DNA of 64,000 nucleotides from a virus. The notes under the pieces are model-generated. The model was not told the origin of the DNA. It did not search any database and worked only from the letters and a program-made list of their open reading frames with translations. The stretch lies in IMG/VR virus record IMGVR_UViG_3300024312_000003, positions 32,001-96,000 of that record, one strand, 5' to 3'. The translations under genes and the position numbers were made by a program. Below, one piece after another: positions 63,583 to 64,000 of this stretch. Position 1 is the first letter of the stretch. Every line of letters starts with the position of its first letter.

Positions 63583-63780
63583 TCAATATTTAATCAGATA
63601 TGGACCAAATGTTCCAGTACAAACAATATATCTGATTTTTCGTATATCGTAATATTTCTTCTTGATATTAAATCTTGCTTTATCAGCCAGAATTACCATC
63701 TCAAACAATGGAGCAATTACGAGTACAACTAAAATGTTCATCACTAATTTAAAAATCAGCTCTTTTAGTCGATTCACCAT
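63583..63780 (-). CDS. Small membrane protein
   Basis: 65 aa with one hydrophobic helix. Confidence 0.5.
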   Translation of the reverse strand: MVNRLKELIFKLVMNILVVLVIAPLFEMVILADKARFNIKKKYYDIRKIRYIVCTGTFGPYLIKY

Positions 63781-63974
63781 TTGAGATAATCAGGTAAGAG
63801 TATTTGTGATTCTTGAGATGGTTTGAATTCAATCCCGAACTTCTTGAGATTGGATATCTGTTGTTCGTCTCCGAACTTTTTAGAACTATCCCAAGCCCAT
63901 TGAAGTAGACCTTGTCTCTGAACAGGTCTACAATCTTTATTCTTCAGATCACAATTTGCATTGATCTGACCCAT
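63774..63974 (-). CDS. Hypothetical protein
   Basis: 66 aa ORF. Confidence 0.5.
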   Translation of the reverse strand: MGQINANCDLKNKDCRPVQRQGLLQWAWDSSKKFGDEQQISNLKKFGIEFKPSQESQILLPDYLKW

Positions 63975-64000
63975 GTGGCGAGCAACGAATGAACGCCATC

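Noticed and set aside
63966-63988. TGGCG...CGCCA hairpin at the window edge, possibly the 3' end of another tRNA
   Set aside because: No T-loop is visible and the context is truncated, so it cannot be supported.
1-64000. Stop-codon reassignment (alternative genetic code)
   Set aside because: Core genes translate full-length in the standard code with dense packing. The single in-frame TAA at 49025 is isolated.

Overview
This 64 kb window comes from an AT-rich phiKZ-like (Chimalliviridae-type) jumbo myophage. The assignment is inferred from gene order and protein motifs; no database search was run. Bases 1-23.3 kb are the conserved core block: the end of a tail fibre with a chaperone domain, a glycine-rich adhesin, a CYTH protein, spanin-like genes, RuvC, baseplate/virion proteins, portal, a non-virion RNAP beta-like subunit, major capsid protein, DnaB and a tailspike. 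Bases 23.4-64 kb are an almost entirely minus-strand accessory/early region of short ORFs separated by hairpins. That region holds a DHH phosphoesterase, an ART-like protein, an AAA ATPase, an S4-domain protein, a Tad1-like anti-defence sponge, NAD-dependent ligase, dCTP deaminase, a Nudix-like hydrolase, an SLT, a P-loop kinase and tRNA-Asn(GUU). The most unusual element is a 145-nt tRNA-shaped RNA at 62091-62235 (minus strand). It has an encoded CCA end, a canonical T-loop, a 38-nt hairpin insertion at the canonical 37/38 intron position and a 34-nt variable arm, and it lies 20 nt upstream of a polynucleotide-kinase-like gene. Where I changed a start codon from the ORF track, the choice rests on RBS or overlap logic and is an inference.
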